DNA from: Octopus sinensis
Lineage: Eukaryota
DNA: 64,000 nucleotides
Direction of reading: 5' to 3'
NCBI RefSeq assembly: GCF_006345805.1
Contig: NC_042997.1
Span: 205,964,001 to 206,028,000, forward strand
Every line of letters starts with the position of its first letter. Position 1 is the first letter of the stretch. Below are positions 61,901 through 64,000 of this stretch, one piece after another. Under the pieces are notes generated by a model that worked only from the letters and a program-made list of their open reading frames with translations, was not told the origin of the DNA and did not search any database. Position numbers and translations under genes: made by a program.

Positions 61901-64000
61901 AGCACTGGGGTTGATGTAATTGACTTAGCCACTCTCCTGAATTGCTGGCCTTGTGCCAAAATTTGAGACCAAAATTCCAGTGATGTTTATGGTCAATAAA
62001 ATAAGTACCAGTTGAGCACTGGGGTTGATGTAATTGACTTAGCCACTCTCCTGGAATTGCTGGCCTTGTGCCAAAATTTGAGACCAAAATTCCAGTGATG
62101 TTTATGGTCAATAAAATAAGTACCAGTTGAGCACTGGGGTTGATGTAATTGACTTAGCCACTCTCCTGAAATTGCTGGCCTTGTGCCAAAATTTGAGACC
62201 AAAATTCCAGTGATGTTTATGGTCAATAAAATAAGTACCAGTTGAGCACTGGGGTTGATGTAATTGACTTAGCCACTCTCCTGGAATTGCTGGCCTTGTG
62301 CCAAAATTTGAAACCAAAATTCCAGTGATGTTTATGGTCAATAAAATAAGTACCAGTTGAGCACTGGGGTTGATGTAATTGACTTAGCCACTCTCCTGGA
62401 ATTGCTGGCCTTGTGCCAAAATTTGAGACCAAAATTCCAGTGATGTTTATGGTCAATAAAATAAGTACCAGTTGAGCGCTGGGTTGATGTAATTGACTTA
62501 GCCACTCTCCTGGAATTGCTGGCCTTGTGCCAAAATTTGAGACCAAAATTCCAGTTATGTTTTTGGTCAATAAAATAAGTACCAGTTGAGCACTGGGGTT
62601 GATGTAATTGACTTAGCCACTCTCCTGAAATTGCTGGCCTTGTGCCAAAATTTGAGACCAAAATTCCAGTGATGTTTATGGTCAATAAAATAAGTAGCAG
62701 TTGAGCACTGGGGTTGATGTAATTGACTTAGCCACTCTCCTGGAATTGCTGGCCTTGTGCCAAAATTTGAAACCAAAATTCCAGTGATGTTTATGGTCAA
62801 TAAAATAAGTACCAGTTGAGCACTGGGGTTGATGTAATTGACTTAGCCACTCTCCTGAAATTGCTGGCCTTGTGCCAAAATTTGAAACCAAATTCCAGTG
62901 ATGTTTATGGTCAATAAAATAAGTACCAGTTGAGCACTGGGGTTGATGTAATTGACTTAGCCACTCTCCTGAAATTGCTGGCCTTGTGCCAAAATTTGAG
63001 ACCAAAATTCCAGTGATGTTTATGGTCAATAAAATAAGTACCAGTTGAGCACTGGGGTTGATGTAATTGACTTAGCCACTCTCCTGAAATTGCTGGCCTT
63101 GTGCCAAAATTTGAGACCAAAATTCCAGTGATGTTTAAGGTCAATAAAATAAGTACCAGTTGAGCACTGGGGTTGATGTAATTGACTTAGCCACTCTCCT
63201 GGAAATGCTGGCCTTGTGCCAAAATTTGAGACCAAAATTCCAGTGATGTTTAAGGTCAATAAAATAAGTACCAGTTGAGCACTGGGGTTGATGTAATTGA
63301 CTTAGCCACTCTCCTGGAATTGCTGGCCTTGTGCCAAAATTTGAGACCAAAATTCCAGTGATGTTTATGGTCAATAAAATAAGTACCAGTTGAGCACTGG
63401 GGTTGATGTAATTGACTTAGCCACTCTCCTGAAATTGCTGGCCTTGTGCCAAAATTTGAGACCAAAATTCCAGTGATGTTTAAGGTCAATAAAATAAGTA
63501 CCAGTTGAGCACTGGGGTTGATGTAATTGACTTAGCCACTCTCCTGAATTGCTGGCCTTGTGCCAAAATTTGAACCAAAATTCCAGTGATGTTTATGGTC
63601 AATAAAATAAGTACCAGTTGAGCACTGGGGTTGATGTAATTGACTTAGCCACTCTCCTGAAATTGCTGGCCTTGTGCCAAAATTTGAGACCAAAATTCCA
63701 GTGATGTTTAGGTCAATAAAATAAGTACCAGTTGAGCACTGGGGTTGATGTAATTGACTTAGCCACTCTCCTGAATTGCTGGCCTTGTGCCAAAATTTGA
63801 GACCAAAATTCCAGTGATGTTTATGGTCAATAAAATAAGTACCAGTTGAGCACTGGGGTTGATGTAATTGACTTAGCCACTCTCCTGAAATTGCTGGCCT
63901 TGTGCCAAAATTTGAGACCAAAATTCCAGTGATGTTTATGGTCAATAAAATAAGTACCAGTTGAGCACTGGGGTTGATGTAATTGACTTAGCCACTCTCC
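55953..64000 (+). repeat. 115-bp SINE-derived tandem satellite, ~70 copies, extends past window end
   Basis: Unit AAATTCCAGTGATGTTTATG-GTCAATAAAATAAGTACCAGTTGAGCACTGGGGTTGATGTAATTGACTTAGCCACTCTCCTGAAATTGCTGGCCTTGTGCCAAAATTTGA(A/G)ACCA. Period 115 (e.g. 55954 to 56069). Confidence 0.97.

Noticed and set aside
55848-63945. Dozens of 77-153 aa ORFs (MTINITGILVSNFGTRPAISGEW...) and a superficially CRISPR-like regular array
   Set aside because: These are translations of the 115-bp unit, which is not a multiple of 3. Units are contiguous and near-identical with no unique spacers, the DNA is eukaryotic, and there are no cas genes.

Overview
AT-rich, repeat-dominated metazoan genomic DNA. The SINE families, (TA/CA/TAA)n microsatellites and LINE content look like an octopus (coleoid cephalopod) genome; this is pattern recognition, not a database result. 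One host gene is supported on the + strand. Three small GT-AG exons (20379-20413, 37509-37682, 42732-42965) splice in frame, all at phase 1. They encode MAEKDAENLVW...SVQVKNVSSNVSSDSLRRYFGNSKRSSGGDISSV, tandem RRM-like domains of the PARP14/PARP10 (NMI/IFP35-like) N-terminal type. The rest of the gene would lie beyond the window. About 14 kb upstream of the ATG is a compact candidate promoter and non-coding first exon (~5910-6291). It carries an IRF element, four STAT GAS sites in an ~82-bp tandem duplication, a TATA box and an ISRE-like motif, resembling an interferon-stimulated-gene promoter. The introns hold many elements: RTE, R4/Dong, Tx1 and Penelope retroelements; decayed Gypsy elements; a very young 2.1-kb gag-only LTR element with near-identical LTRs; Helitrons; a hAT remnant; MITEs; and tRNA-derived SINEs. 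The last 8 kb is a ~70-copy array of a 115-bp unit built from the 3' half of a SINE, continuing past the window end. A 100-N gap lies at 4010-4109.
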